NCBI GenBank assembly: GCA_037447435.1
Contig: JBBIGR010000008.1
Span: forward strand, 32,001 to 96,000
DNA: 64,000 nucleotides
Reading direction: 5' to 3'
Source: Fibrobacteria bacterium
GTDB taxonomy: Bacteria; Fibrobacterota; Chitinivibrionia; Chitinivibrionales; FEN-1185
Shown here one piece after another: positions 19,025 through 31,000 of the stretch (its first letter is position 1; each line of letters opens with the position of its first letter). The notes under the pieces were generated by a model that saw only the letters and a list, made by a program, of their open reading frames with translations, was not told the DNA's origin and did no database searches. Both the position numbers and the translations under genes were made by a program.

Positions 19025-19213
19025 ATTCTGCCTACTTTCGGATTTTTGAAAAAGCGGAATGCTTCATTGATGAGCATATTAAAATGCAAAAAGGGATGAG
19101 TTCATGTAAAGGAAAATTGACATAAACCTTAATTGATGCCTATTTCATAAAATTGTCAAATTTCCTAAACCCCTTTATAAAATTAGGGGAAAGGCTTGTA
19201 GATTTGTTTTGCA

Positions 19214-19243
19214 TTGACATTGCCTGGTTCCGTCACTTAATTT
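19214..19243 (+). promoter_or_regulatory. Putative sigma70 promoter for tRNA-tilS
   Basis: TTGACA at 19214-19219; TAATTT 18 nt downstream; tRNA begins at 19270. Confidence 0.4.
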
Positions 19244-19269
19244 TCTCAATGCTTTTTTGAAACAATGAT

Positions 19270-19343
19270 GCCAGCGTAGCTCAGTCGGTTAGAGCAGTGG
19301 AATCATAATCCACGTGTCCGGAGTTCGAATCTCTGCGCTGGCA
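19270..19343 (+). tRNA. tRNA with CAT anticodon (elongator tRNA-Met most likely; tRNA-Ile2 not excluded); CCA not encoded
   Basis: Cloverleaf: acceptor GCCAGCG/CGCTGGC + A73; D arm GCTC/GAGC; anticodon stem GTGGA/TCCAC with loop ATCATAA; T arm CGGAG-TTCGAAT-CTCTG; no C1:A72 mismatch or three G-C anticodon pairs, so not initiator. Confidence 0.95.
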
Positions 19344-19382
19344 TTTTCACCCCTCCCTGCAAATCTGCACATTTGTTCCGCT

Positions 19383-20759
19383 ATGCAATACGAAGGACTT
19401 TATAATGCCGTACTTGAATTTTGGCAAAGCAATGTGCCTGTTGTAAACTCACGCATTTGCGTAGCGGTGAGCGGAGGTGCCGATTCGGTAGCCTTGTTTG
19501 TCCTTTTGAAAAACCTTGCTCAAAAACTTTTGATTGCCGAACTCGGAATTGCTCATGTTAATCATAGCCTCCGCGGAATTGAATCTGATGCCGATGAATC
19601 CTTTGTTAAGAATCTTGCATCAAATTCCGGCGTTAAATATCACTGTATTACATTAGAAGGTATTCCTAAAAGCGGGATCGAAGAATGGGCTCGCAACAAA
19701 AGGTATGATTTTTTATCTTGTGTAATGCAAAAGTACAAATATGATTTTGTGGCTACAGCTCATACGGCTAACGACCAGGCCGAAACAATTCTAATGCGAA
19801 TAATTCGTGGTAGCGGAGTTTTAGGGCTTTCAGCAATTGAACCAAAGCGTAGAGACCGGATAATAAGGCCGTTGCTTGATATTGAAAAAATCGTTCTTTT
19901 AAACTGGCTCGCCAGTCAAAACCAAGAATTTAGAGAAGATTCTACCAATGAAAATACCGCGTTTCTTCGCAATTGGGTGAGGAGAGATCTAATAACAAAA
20001 CTTGTAAAAAAAGAAAAATATGCAGTTAAAAATCTCTGTGCCATAGCAAAAGACGCGAATTCCCTAAATATGGTTATAAATGAAGAAATCAATAAATGGA
20101 TATCCTGTTACGTAGTTGAAAAGACTTTGTCGAGGATAATTATTGCTAAAAAAGGGTTTTTTAACAATTCCATTTGGTCGCATGCAATGGTTTACCTATT
20201 CAGAGAAAACAGCATACTCTATGACAGAAATCATATTGAAAGTATACAGGAAAATTGTGGCAAAAACGGTAAACTTTTTCTTTTGCCGGGAACATGGTGT
20301 TATTGTGTAGCACATAAGACCTTAGAATTTACCAAACAGTTTCATAACTGTGGGTCGGAGCAACTAAATTATGAATTGGCTTTCGACAAAAAGAACGAAC
20401 TCCCCTTCCGCCTCGGCGTGTTGGTTTTAGAATATCTTACTATTAATTCTGAGAATACAATGGATTTTTCTGATCGCCAAATTGCCATTTTCGATGCTTT
20501 AAAATCTGGAAAAAACCTTATTGCTAGATTTATAAATCAAGGTGAAAAATTCTGGCCATATGGTTCAAAAAAACCTATGGATGCAAATGAATTTTTAAAA
20601 AAGCAAAAATGTACCAGATTCGATAGAAATAATGCATTTATTGTTGCCCAAAAAGAGGGCAATATTGTTTGGATTCCCGGAAAGCGAATCGATGAAAGAT
20701 ATAAGGTGGATTCGAAAACAACTAATATAATAAAGATTTCATGGAAGGTCGAATCATAA
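19383..20759 (+). CDS. tilS: tRNA(Ile)-lysidine synthetase
   Basis: PP-loop VAVSGGADS; HVNHSLR; AHTANDQAET; IRPLL; EDSTN; RNWVR; start moved to ATG 19383, downstream of the tRNA. Confidence 0.95.
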   Translation: MQYEGLYNAVLEFWQSNVPVVNSRICVAVSGGADSVALFVLLKNLAQKLLIAELGIAHVNHSLRGIESDADESFVKNLASNSGVKYHCITLEGIPKSGIEEWARNKRYDFLSCVMQKYKYDFVATAHTANDQAETILMRIIRGSGVLGLSAIEPKRRDRIIRPLLDIEKIVLLNWLASQNQEFREDSTNENTAFLRNWVRRDLITKLVKKEKYAVKNLCAIAKDANSLNMVINEEINKWISCYVVEKTLSRIIIAKKGFFNNSIWSHAMVYLFRENSILYDRNHIESIQENCGKNGKLFLLPGTWCYCVAHKTLEFTKQFHNCGSEQLNYELAFDKKNELPFRLGVLVLEYLTINSENTMDFSDRQIAIFDALKSGKNLIARFINQGEKFWPYGSKKPMDANEFLKKQKCTRFDRNNAFIVAQKEGNIVWIPGKRIDERYKVDSKTTNIIKISWKVES

Positions 20760-20841
20760 CAGATATTATTTTCAACAGTTTGGAATTTCCCTAAACCGTA
20801 ATATAATAATAGTATTGAAAAAGAATCCAGGAGGCATTTCG

Positions 20842-22938
20842 TTGTTAGAAACAGAGAAGAAAAAAGGGCAAACAAATCCTAAAAAGCCCCTTTCAAAACA
20901 AAATCAGGATAAGAGCAAGAAAAAACAAAATATGCGAGAACCATCAAGAACCGTAGCGATGTGGTTACTCATTGCGGTTGCAGTATTTGTTGGCTTACGT
21001 CTTATGGAAACAACCGGAATGAGGGAGCAGACTATTACCTACTCCCAATTCCAAACGCTTATTAATTCTCAAGATGCACGAATCGTGAAAATGGAGGTCG
21101 TTCTTAAAGGGATAAACCGTGCATCATTGCACGGGGAGGTGGCTGATGCCGCTTCGTTGACAAAAGTTCTCGGTTCAAAAAACCAGCCGGCAGTCAAAAT
21201 GTTTACCGTGATACTGCCTTATATTGATTCACCCATGCTAAAAGAATGGGATGCTCGTGGTGTACAGTACACTTTTGTACCGGAAAAAATGAATTGGGGT
21301 GATTTGGCCTGGAATACTTTGCCATGGCTCATTTTTATGGTGTTATTTTGGGTTTTCATGTTGAGACAGATGCAATCCGGGCAAAAGGGCGTGTTCTCTT
21401 TTGGAAAAAGCCGTGCAAAACTTCATGCGATGGACCGGCCACAAAACACCTTTGCGGATGCGGCAGGGCTTGATGAGGCAAAAGCGGAACTTGAAGAAAT
21501 CATTGAATTTCTTAAAAATCCTCAAAAGTTCAAACGGCTAGGTGGAAAAATTCCAAAAGGCGTTTTGTTGCTCGGGCCGCCGGGTACAGGAAAAACTCTT
21601 TTGGCTCGTTGTGTTGCAGGTGAGGCGGGAGTTCCATTTTTATCAATGAGCGGTTCGGATTTTGTCGAGATGTTTGTCGGTGTCGGCGCATCTCGGGTGC
21701 GGGACCTGTTCGAGACAGCAAAGCGAAATTCACCCTGCATTATTTTCATTGACGAAATAGACGCCGTTGGCCGTCAGCGCGGAGCGGGGCTTGGAGGAGG
21801 TCATGATGAACGAGAACAAACACTTAATCAAATTCTTGTCGAAATGGACGGGTTTGAAGTTAATTCTGGCGTTATCCTTATAGCTGCAACCAACCGTCCC
21901 GATGTTTTGGATCCTGCACTTTTGCGACCGGGGCGATTCGACCGCCAGATCGTTGTTGATGTGCCTGATATTAAAGGGAGGGAAGGCATACTAAAGGTAC
22001 ACGTGAAAAACGTTCCCCTTGCCCCTGACGTCAATCTCCTTGTTATTGCAAAAGGGACTCCGGGGTTTGTCGGAGCGGATCTTGCGAACTTAGTTAATGA
22101 AGCTGCGCTTATGGCTGCCCGATTCGGACAAGAAAAGGTTACAATGCTTGACTTTGAGGAGTCAAAAGACAAAGTCCTTATGGGCGTTGAACGTAAGAGT
22201 ATGGTTTTGTCGGACATCGAAAAAAAGAACACGGCTTATCATGAAGCGGGGCATGCAATATGTAATTTGCATTGTCCCGCATCGGACCCATTGCACAAGG
22301 TTACCATTATTCCTCGTGGTCGTGCTCTTGGGGTGACGTTTTCATTGCCTGATGAAGACAGGCATAGTTATTCGAAGGATTTCCTTATCGATCGCATATG
22401 TATTGCCATGGGTGGTCGTGTTGCAGAAGAAATTGTTTTCAATGCAATGACAACCGGGGCTTCGAACGATATTAAACAGGCAACTAATCTTGTACGTAAA
22501 TTGATATGCGATTATGGAATGACGCCCGAATTGGGGCCGTTATCCTACGGTGAAAAAGACGAACAAATTTTCCTGGGTCGTGAGTTCAATAGACATCGCG
22601 ATTATTCTGAAAAAACTGCGGAAGTAATTGATTCTCTAATGCGGCGTCTTGTTGAGGAGCAATATGCAAGAGCAAAGACGATTTTAACGGAACACCGAGA
22701 TGAGCTTGACAAGCTTGCAAGTGCTTTATTGGAGTATGAATTGCTCGATCGGGAAGATATCCTCAAAATCATTAAAGGGGAATTGCTTGAAACGCCGAAA
22801 AAAACTAGGTCGGTTATCAAACAGCCGATAAAAATCGAAAAAACAATTCTTCAGGAAAATACTGAAGATACGCCGAACGTATCCAAAGAGGATCCGAAAG
22901 AGACAGAGGGTGATTCATCTAAACCCAGTCAAGGGTAA
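20842..22938 (+). CDS. ftsH: ATP-dependent zinc metalloprotease FtsH
   Basis: Two TMs; [49 protein letters not shown]; likely TTG start at 20842 after AGGAGG. Confidence 0.98.
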   Translation: MLETEKKKGQTNPKKPLSKQNQDKSKKKQNMREPSRTVAMWLLIAVAVFVGLRLMETTGMREQTITYSQFQTLINSQDARIVKMEVVLKGINRASLHGEVADAASLTKVLGSKNQPAVKMFTVILPYIDSPMLKEWDARGVQYTFVPEKMNWGDLAWNTLPWLIFMVLFWVFMLRQMQSGQKGVFSFGKSRAKLHAMDRPQNTFADAAGLDEAKAELEEIIEFLKNPQKFKRLGGKIPKGVLLLGPPGTGKTLLARCVAGEAGVPFLSMSGSDFVEMFVGVGASRVRDLFETAKRNSPCIIFIDEIDAVGRQRGAGLGGGHDEREQTLNQILVEMDGFEVNSGVILIAATNRPDVLDPALLRPGRFDRQIVVDVPDIKGREGILKVHVKNVPLAPDVNLLVIAKGTPGFVGADLANLVNEAALMAARFGQEKVTMLDFEESKDKVLMGVERKSMVLSDIEKKNTAYHEAGHAICNLHCPASDPLHKVTIIPRGRALGVTFSLPDEDRHSYSKDFLIDRICIAMGGRVAEEIVFNAMTTGASNDIKQATNLVRKLICDYGMTPELGPLSYGEKDEQIFLGREFNRHRDYSEKTAEVIDSLMRRLVEEQYARAKTILTEHRDELDKLASALLEYELLDREDILKIIKGELLETPKKTRSVIKQPIKIEKTILQENTEDTPNVSKEDPKETEGDSSKPSQG

Positions 22939-22981
22939 TTTTTTTTTTCGGTCAAAGCAAATAAGTGAACATTGCTTCATT

Positions 22982-23014
22982 AACAGGCACACTTTTATAG
23001 TGTGCCTGTTTTTT
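22982..23014 (+). terminator. Rho-independent terminator after ftsH
   Basis: AACAGGCACACT-TTTAT-AGTGTGCCTGTT followed by TTTT. Confidence 0.8.
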
Positions 23015-23061
23015 GAAATGGATGTTAATCGTTCAAACTGCTGAAAGAGACAAAATCAGGG

Positions 23062-23874
23062 ATGCATCCTGTACTTGAAAAACGTTTTTCTGTACTTGGC
23101 ATTGTAAACGTCACTCCAGACTCGTTTTTTGACGGCGGAAAATATGCAACGACAAAACAGGCTGTTGATCACGGACTATCTCTTGCAAATGATGGTGCCG
23201 ATATTCTTGATATCGGCGGTGAGTCGACTCGGCCGGGAGCAAAGCAGCTTAGTGTTGAAGAAGAACTGGCAAGAGTTATTCCCGTTGTATCGGCCTTATC
23301 AAAACTCATTCAAATTCCCCTTTGCGTCGATACGACAAAAGCCGCTGTTGCTGAAGCAGCAATAGAATCTGGTGCTACTTGGATCAACGACATAAGCGCT
23401 GGTCGCTTCGATTCGCGCATGCCCTGTGTAATTGCCAAGAATCAATGTGCAATCATCCTAATGCATAGTAGACATATCCCCGAAACAATGCAAAAGGCAC
23501 CAATTTATAAAAACGTCATTTCCGAAGTTTCTGCCGAATTGCTCCAAAGCGTCGACCTTTTTTGTTCCGCTGGCGTTTTACGCGAAAACATTTTGCTTGA
23601 TCCGGGGTTAGGATTTGCGAAACGTCTTGAAGACAATGTGACAATTCTTTCAAAATGCGAAAAATTTGTATCACTGGGATTTCCTCTTTGTATAGGTGCC
23701 TCCAGAAAATCGTTTATTGGGTTTATCACACAACGAGAGGCCGCAGATAGACTTCCTGGTAGCCTGGCATGTGTTGCAGCAGCATTTTATAAAGGTGCCC
23801 AAATATTTAGGGTACATGACGTGAAAGAAACTGTGGATTTATTGACCATGCTCGAGGCAATTAGGGATCATTAA
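23062..23874 (+). CDS. folP: Dihydropteroate synthase
   Basis: GIVNVTPDSFFDGG; DIGGESTRPGA; DPGLGFAK; GASRKSFIG; RVHDV. Confidence 0.97.
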   Translation: MHPVLEKRFSVLGIVNVTPDSFFDGGKYATTKQAVDHGLSLANDGADILDIGGESTRPGAKQLSVEEELARVIPVVSALSKLIQIPLCVDTTKAAVAEAAIESGATWINDISAGRFDSRMPCVIAKNQCAIILMHSRHIPETMQKAPIYKNVISEVSAELLQSVDLFCSAGVLRENILLDPGLGFAKRLEDNVTILSKCEKFVSLGFPLCIGASRKSFIGFITQREAADRLPGSLACVAAAFYKGAQIFRVHDVKETVDLLTMLEAIRDH

Positions 23875-23961
23875 ACCCGGTTGTTGCGGATGTATTACCG
23901 GAATCTGTCTAATTTGCGAAAAAATCCAAATTCATGATTAAACCTTTTTAAAGAATAGACA

Positions 23962-25053
23962 ATGGCTGAAAAAAGGAATAAAATTATCATCATAAGCGTA
24001 ATGATATTACTCGTGCTTTGCATCGGGCTATTCTTCCTACTGTTACAAAGGGCAAAACAGTTTACAGAAGCGGTTAAACCCCCTAAGCTAAGCATACAAA
24101 AGGGTTTAAATATTGTGGCATCCTCTACTAAAAGTCGGGACACATCTCATGTGAGTATTGCACCCGTAAATAAACCGCATAAACAAAAACCGAGTATGGA
24201 ATTGCCAGTAGTTTCGATACCCGACACCGGCAAAGGAGTAGTGAAACCCGACACGGCAATTCCGATTTCGAATGCAATATCTTCACCCTGCGCCGGAGAT
24301 ACGATAGCGCCCTGGGTGTTTCCCGATCCTTCTGGAGGATTGCACCGAAAGCAGGTAAACGTTACTCTTGAATCAACAAAAAATCCCTGTGTCATAGAAT
24401 GGAAAACCGATTCTGCCGGTTTATGGCAACCATACCAGAAACCTATTTCTATCAAAATGACCACTTCGCTTTTTTTTCGTGCTCACGATTCATGCGGAAA
24501 TGTCATGGCGCCAAGGCAGGAAAAATATGAAATTGACTTGACTCAACCCCTGAAATTTTGTCCCGAAAATATGGAATATGTCAAAGCAGGGCAAACCGCA
24601 TTTTGCATAGACAAATACGAATGGCCGGACAAAAAAGGCGTTATCCCGCAAACATATATATCGTTGTACCAAGCAATGGATTCCTGCGTGGCAGCAGCAA
24701 AACATCTTTGCAGTTCCGACGAATGGACCTTGGCTTGCACCGGACCATATGGTTGGCAATACCCCTATGGCGATTCATATGAAAGGCATGCCTGCGTAAC
24801 ACATGATACGGTTGCGAGACCGTCGGGCAGCAAGCCCGAATGCAGGGGATATTTTGATGTCTACGATATGTCGGGTAATTGCGCGGAATGGACAAGTACC
24901 CGTTCAAGTATTAACAGACAATTTTTCAATGTAAAGGGCGGGTTTTGGGAAAGCGGTCCGCGAAGCGGCTGTTTTGAAACCAGATACAGTTATTATCCGC
25001 AAAATAGGCACAACCCGGTAGGTTTCCGATGTTGTAAAGAGGCTGCGCAATGA
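23962..25053 (+). CDS. Membrane-anchored protein: Fn3-associated/chitobiase-C-like Ig domain plus FGE-sulfatase domain
   Basis: N-terminal TM anchor; Pro/Lys linker; DTIAP..PDPSGG...VTL...YQKPISI..TTSLFFRAHDSCGN; CIDKYEWP; LCSSDEWTLAC; YPYG; DMSGNCAEW; VGFRCC. Confidence 0.8.
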   Translation: MAEKRNKIIIISVMILLVLCIGLFFLLLQRAKQFTEAVKPPKLSIQKGLNIVASSTKSRDTSHVSIAPVNKPHKQKPSMELPVVSIPDTGKGVVKPDTAIPISNAISSPCAGDTIAPWVFPDPSGGLHRKQVNVTLESTKNPCVIEWKTDSAGLWQPYQKPISIKMTTSLFFRAHDSCGNVMAPRQEKYEIDLTQPLKFCPENMEYVKAGQTAFCIDKYEWPDKKGVIPQTYISLYQAMDSCVAAAKHLCSSDEWTLACTGPYGWQYPYGDSYERHACVTHDTVARPSGSKPECRGYFDVYDMSGNCAEWTSTRSSINRQFFNVKGGFWESGPRSGCFETRYSYYPQNRHNPVGFRCCKEAAQ

Positions 25054-28000
25054 GATTTTGTTCTCAACAATTTAAAGCGGCTTGCTTGATTATTGCCTCC
25101 TCAATGGCGATTTGGGCCCAATCGAGTATTCCGTTTTCCTCACCTACCATAGGCAGTTTTCATGCGCTTCCCGAAGATCCTGCACCGCAAAGCGTTCTAT
25201 TAGCTGTCAATTCCATGTTCCTCACTTGCAATACGACGCTGTTTGAAGACCGCCAAATCATTGATTTTGAAAAGCGCGAGATTTCGTTCGAACGTTATGA
25301 TAAAACGTATAATATTCCTATTTGGCAATATAGATATGAAGAACTTGATTCGTATTTGGAGAGCAGACGCCGGTTTGCCCTGCTCAGCGGTTGGTATGCG
25401 GGTCAAACATCTGTTCTGGCGCCGGTCCAGGAAAAAAAGAAAGCATTTACCTCGTTGCAATGGGAATTGCCGGTGGAATATCCATCGTGGGCGCAACGGA
25501 TTTTGGGAAAAGATCCGCCGAAACTTTCCATTACCGGATATGAAAAAATCATTGTCTCCTATGAAAGCAATAAAATTGAAACCGGGTCAAATTTGGACCT
25601 CCCGGCGACTGGGGCGTTAAATTTCGATCAGGAAAACCAATTTTCGATTACGGGAAGCGTCGGAAGGCTTATAAATATCAATATCAAGGGAAGTACGAAA
25701 GAAGGTGTTGATGCTGCGAACGATCCATTAAAAAATTTCAAGATAGAATATAAAGGTGAAGGAAACGAACTTGAGGACGAAATTGTCCAGGAAGTGGTTG
25801 CCGGATATACGTCATTTGAAATGCCGGGAACCCAATTATCGGGCTTTTCAGAAAGTCATGAAGGCTTATTCGGCATCAAAATGAATGCGAAATTAGGTCC
25901 TTTGTCTTTAACCGGTATCGCAAGTACCGAACAGGGTCAATCTCAGACAATGTCTTTTTCACCGACAGGGGCAGGGGAATCAAGTACGAAAATATCAGAA
26001 AAGGACTTTGTTCCAAATAAAATATTCTTTTTAGATTCGATTTATTTGCAAAAATATCTGGGCAAGCGAGCCACGGTCCCTAAAGTCGCCCAACTTCAGG
26101 TGTGGTTGTCAAATGCGAATATGGTCAATGAAGCAAAGCCTGCGGATAATGCAAGCAAGACAAACACCAACATTTATAAGAAAGTTGGGGCCAGTTTATC
26201 ATGGTATAAAAAACTTGAAGAAAAGCGCCATTATTTCTTAAACCAGGATGAAGGATGGATACGATTCGATAGCACGATTTCCGAAAGCGACTTGCTTGGA
26301 ATATATCTGGTGTTTTCCGACACGACTTACAAAACAAAGGGGTATAATATCCTTGACAATCCTGTCGCTGCAAAAGACACGGCAATCGATACTCTGTGGA
26401 CGCTTAAATTTCAGGACCAAAATACTTCTCATCCGACATTTCCGCTTATGTGGCGAAATGTGTATCAATTACCTAATGGATTCGATCAGGATAAATTCAA
26501 GCTTCGGGTGACCCGTTCCAATGCAGACACGGGTGTTGAAAAAACAAGCGATAATAAATATTTTTCCAACGTTCTTGGGTTGGCTAATGATAAGGGGGTT
26601 CCCTACACAACGAACACCCAGATTTTTGACAATGTTCACAACATTATAGTGATACCCGCATTTACATCGTCGGATACCTCGGTTAGGGGCAACGAACCGT
26701 TTTCAAACCCTGCGTTGGGTACCGATGCTGTTGACAAAGATATTTATCATAAAACGGGGGCAAATGATTTCGGCCTCATAATCCCGAAATTCCAGATATC
26801 AATGTCCGGAGCTTCGAGGAAAACAACCTTTACGCTCGGTTTTGGCAGTGTCATGCAGGGAACGGAAATTTTGAAAATCGATGGTAAGCAATTGGTTCGG
26901 GGTACCGATTATTTGATAGATTATCAAACCGGTCAGGTTGATCTTATCAGTAAAGAGGCGATGAACGCCAACCAAATTTCCGCAGAATTCCAAAGTGAAG
27001 CGTTATTCGTGGCAAAACAAAAGGTGTTCTTTGGGCTTCGTGGAGAAACAAAACTGCCCTTTAGCGATAAGTCGATACTTGGTATGAGCATACTATATCA
27101 GGATGCGAGTGCAAGGGAAAATGTACCAAAATTGAATCAGGAGCCGTATTCGAAACTGTTGCTTGATGTGAATTCAAAAGTTGAATTTGAGCCTGAATGG
27201 ATGACAAAAGCGGTTAATGCAATTCCCCTCATTTCGACGGACGCTGCATCGGCCTTGTCGATTGAGGTTGAAGTCGCCCATTCAAGTACAAATCCGAACA
27301 CAAGCTCCGGGAAAGATGCATATATCGATGATTTCGAAAGTAGCAAAGAAGTGTATCCTATGCCGTTTTTGGAGTCATCGTGGTATACGGCTTCTCCACC
27401 CCCGGATGATAATAATTCTCCTATTGACATGCTTAAAAATCCTCCTGCTTGGATTCAATATTGGTATGCACCGTTACAAGGCGATGGACAACCTTTAAAA
27501 ACCGATATCTTCAAGCAATTGCCCGATGTTGCAACGCAAACCGATGCTGAAAAATATGAGCCGGTTTTAAAGCTTTTTGCCCAACCTAAGCCACCCCAAA
27601 ATAATCCATACTATGACACCACATTGCATCCGTGGGCTGGATTCATGACTTCTTTTCCAAGCAATGTGGCAAATCGCAGCAAAGATAAATTTCTCGAATT
27701 CTGGGCCAAAAATAATGGCGGTGGCAGGCTTACTATCGACATGGGGCTTGTGAGCGAAGATATTTCAATTGACGGCGGTCCGCCGAATGGCAGACCTGAT
27801 TTGGAAGATAAAAACAATATCGGGTATTTTGATTCGCTTGATGTTGGATTAGATGGTCTTACTGATGCGGATGAGTATTATGTATATCCGCGTAAAACTG
27901 CAACAGGTACCTATTATTGGGATACTTTGCGATATTTGAAACAGGACCTTACAACAAAAGCATATCTTACTGATCCAAAAACAGGGCGGAATATTATTAA

Positions 28001-31000
28001 CGATTTATTACCGATTCCGGGGGACCCGAGCAAAGATAATTTTCAAATTTACCGTTTAACTCCAGAATCTGATAAACAGAATTTTTCACATATGAATGGA
28101 ACGGAAAAAAACCATTATCTGAATTCGGAAGATATAAATGGAGATGGCTGGCATACAACCGAAGCGTATTACCGGCGATACATCGATTTCGATAGTACCA
28201 ATGATGCCGCTTTCATGTCTAAGAATGCGAATAATTATCGCATCAATGATTCTGTTGCTAATGCAGACACTAGTCACGGATGGCATTTTTATAGAATACC
28301 GCTGAATGACTCGTTAACAGGTGATTGCAAAATCAATGGTTCGCCGAGTTGGTCGGAAATAAAGTTTTTGCGTATTTCCTGGACAAAAATGAAAAACGAC
28401 ACCCAGAGCGTTGAATTTGCCCGTATGCAATTTGTCGGTAATCAGTGGCAGGAATTGTCTCAAGATACACTTCACAAATCAAAAATTGCCATATCTACCT
28501 TAAATACCGAAGAAAACAAGGGGTTTTATACGCCACCGCCAACTTTGGTATTGCAGAAAGATGACCGAGGCAATCTTGAGCGGGAAACTTCCTTAAAAAT
28601 CGATTATAACAACATTTTGCCTGGGGACATTGCTATTGCAAAACGGTCGATGTCAACCAATGCTTTGAATCTTTCATCATATCAAAATATTTCGCTTATG
28701 GTGCATGGTGATTCAATACACAATGATCTTTGGTATGTTTTCCGTTTCGGTACCGATGATTCCACTTATTATGAATGCAAAACCAAGTTTGATATGAGCA
28801 ATTCCTGGAAGGAAATGAGTATTAATCTTAAGGAATTATCTGATATAAAGAGAAAATATATAGATGATCATACCGATACATTCGTTAATACCAGTGCCAT
28901 ATCAAGTAATGGAAGTGGAAATGTTTTGTCAATTCGTTCGCCAAGAGGCAGAACGGCAAGTTTCGCGACCATAACTTATATGGCCATGGGTGTTATGCGC
29001 GATAGTGGGGGTGTTGGGGTAAACGGCTATAGCGGCCAGGTTTGGACAGACGAACTTAAGGTAAAGGGTATAAACCCGATGGAAGGCTTTGCCGGTCGAG
29101 CTTATTTGTCAACTAAATGGGCCGACTTCATGAATTTATCCTTGGGTATGGACTATGAAGACGGCATGTTCAGGCGAATGACCGAAACCGATTTAGCATT
29201 GAAAAGTTCATCTATTTCGACCAATTTCAGTGTGGATTGGCGACTTGATAAATTTATGCCTGCAGATTGGGGCGTTTCCATACCGCTGGGAACCCGAATG
29301 CAGGAAAAACTCATACGTCCGCAAATTAAGCCCAATTCAGACATATTTCTTAATACCAACGGTTCGCCGGATGGAATCATGGACATGTATGCAGAACTTG
29401 TCAATATGATAGGCGGGCGAAATGTGATAGGACCGAAAAACACCTTGTCGAGCCATTATCAAACTGCAACATTCTCGCGTAACTGGCATACGGCATATGA
29501 GAAGAAAACTGCATCCCCAAATTTCTTTATCGATGCATTATTCGACCGCTTTTCCATGACCGATCTTTCATACGATTACGCCACAAATGTGACAGGACGC
29601 GGCCCTGCATCCTTTGGAGGGGCGGACAGGCTCGATGTCGATACGACCGAAACATACCATACTTTGCTAAAATATGATTTGAGCCCGAAACTTGCTCCAA
29701 AGTGGACAAAATGGAAACCGTTTGAAGATTCAAAAATTCTTTGGCTTCCCGAGCGAATTAAAGGATATGAATTCAATTGGCTTCCGACTACCTTTACCGT
29801 CGATATGGCGGATCTTACCTATTCTCGCGAGGCAAAAGGCCTTGGGTTAACAGGGGATAAATCGGAAACAAAAAAGCTTGGAATCGACCATCGCGTAAAT
29901 TTATTGTATGATCCGATCAATATTTTAAACCTCAGTTACAACCTGACCTCGAGCCGGAATTTTGATGATGATGTACAGGATTTGAATCTGAAGGATAATT
30001 TTTATTATTTCATGAGTAAAAAGGTTAGTCAAATGAATCAGGCTTGGCATAGCTTCGGTGTTTTATATGGAGAGCGAAACCGGGCCCAAAACCTGAACGT
30101 ACATTTCGATCCTTCTTTCTTAGACTGGTTGTCGCATTCTTTTGATTATAATACATCGTATGGACAAAGCAAGACTACGATAACTAACGATACTACCGAT
30201 TATTTAAATCTGAAGTCCGATGCTACTTTTAAATTGACAAGTACCTTAAATATGGCGAATTTGTTCAAGAATTTTTCAACGGGGTTTTCAAGCATGAAGG
30301 CGCTTGCGGAAACGTTCAATTCGATAGAAAAAGGCATAGAAAAAATAGCATTGACAAGCATAACTTTCGACTATTCTGCAAAAGCATCGGTGGCCAATTA
30401 TTATTTGGATCCTGCCACCGTGGAAGGTACTGGTGCCGATCTTGGCAGGAGTAAATGGAATTTCTTTCTGTACCAAGTCGGGATGTCGGGCCGGTCGGGA
30501 AAAAATATTTGGAATATCGTTACTGGAGATATGGACGACTATGCATTGGGCGGCATGCGGTTTCGCGGATATAATCCCAATATCAATGGCCAGGATCAGC
30601 GTACCAGCGATAAGACGTATGGTATTACTACCAATTTTGCGTTGCCTGAACCCATTGATCTTCGGATCACATCGATTGGTTTAAAATGGGGAAACAGCTA
30701 TGTTATAACTCCAGATACTACTAAGATTGACAGGACCACGACATTTCCGGACTTTTCGGTGCAGGCACAAACCGGTTTGTTGAATAAATTACAAATTGTT
30801 AACAGGAACGCGAACGCTGTTCAGGTGACATCCGGGTTTAATTATGTTCGAAAACAGCAAGAACGCAACACCGGTACCACTCCGGCAGATCTTGATATAG
30901 TGACCTCAAAAACATATTCTATGACTCCTCTTTTTGGCGTCGACGGCACTTTAAAACAATGGCCGGTAAATATTTCTTATGCGCATACCTGGACAATTAA

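Noticed and set aside
19314..19382. ORF-track N-terminal extension of tilS
   Set aside because: Overlaps the tRNA; ATG 19383 is the plausible start
19270..19400. tRNA as an integration site for an island or prophage
   Set aside because: No integrase, no duplicated tRNA 3' end noticed, and housekeeping tilS follows immediately
19383..23874. tilS-ftsH-folP order lacking hpt
   Set aside because: A common variant of a widely conserved housekeeping cluster
17780..25053. The two FGE-domain proteins as true formylglycine-generating enzymes
   Set aside because: Neither shows the catalytic CxxxxC pair after the RGGS-type motif, and there are no sulfatases in the window
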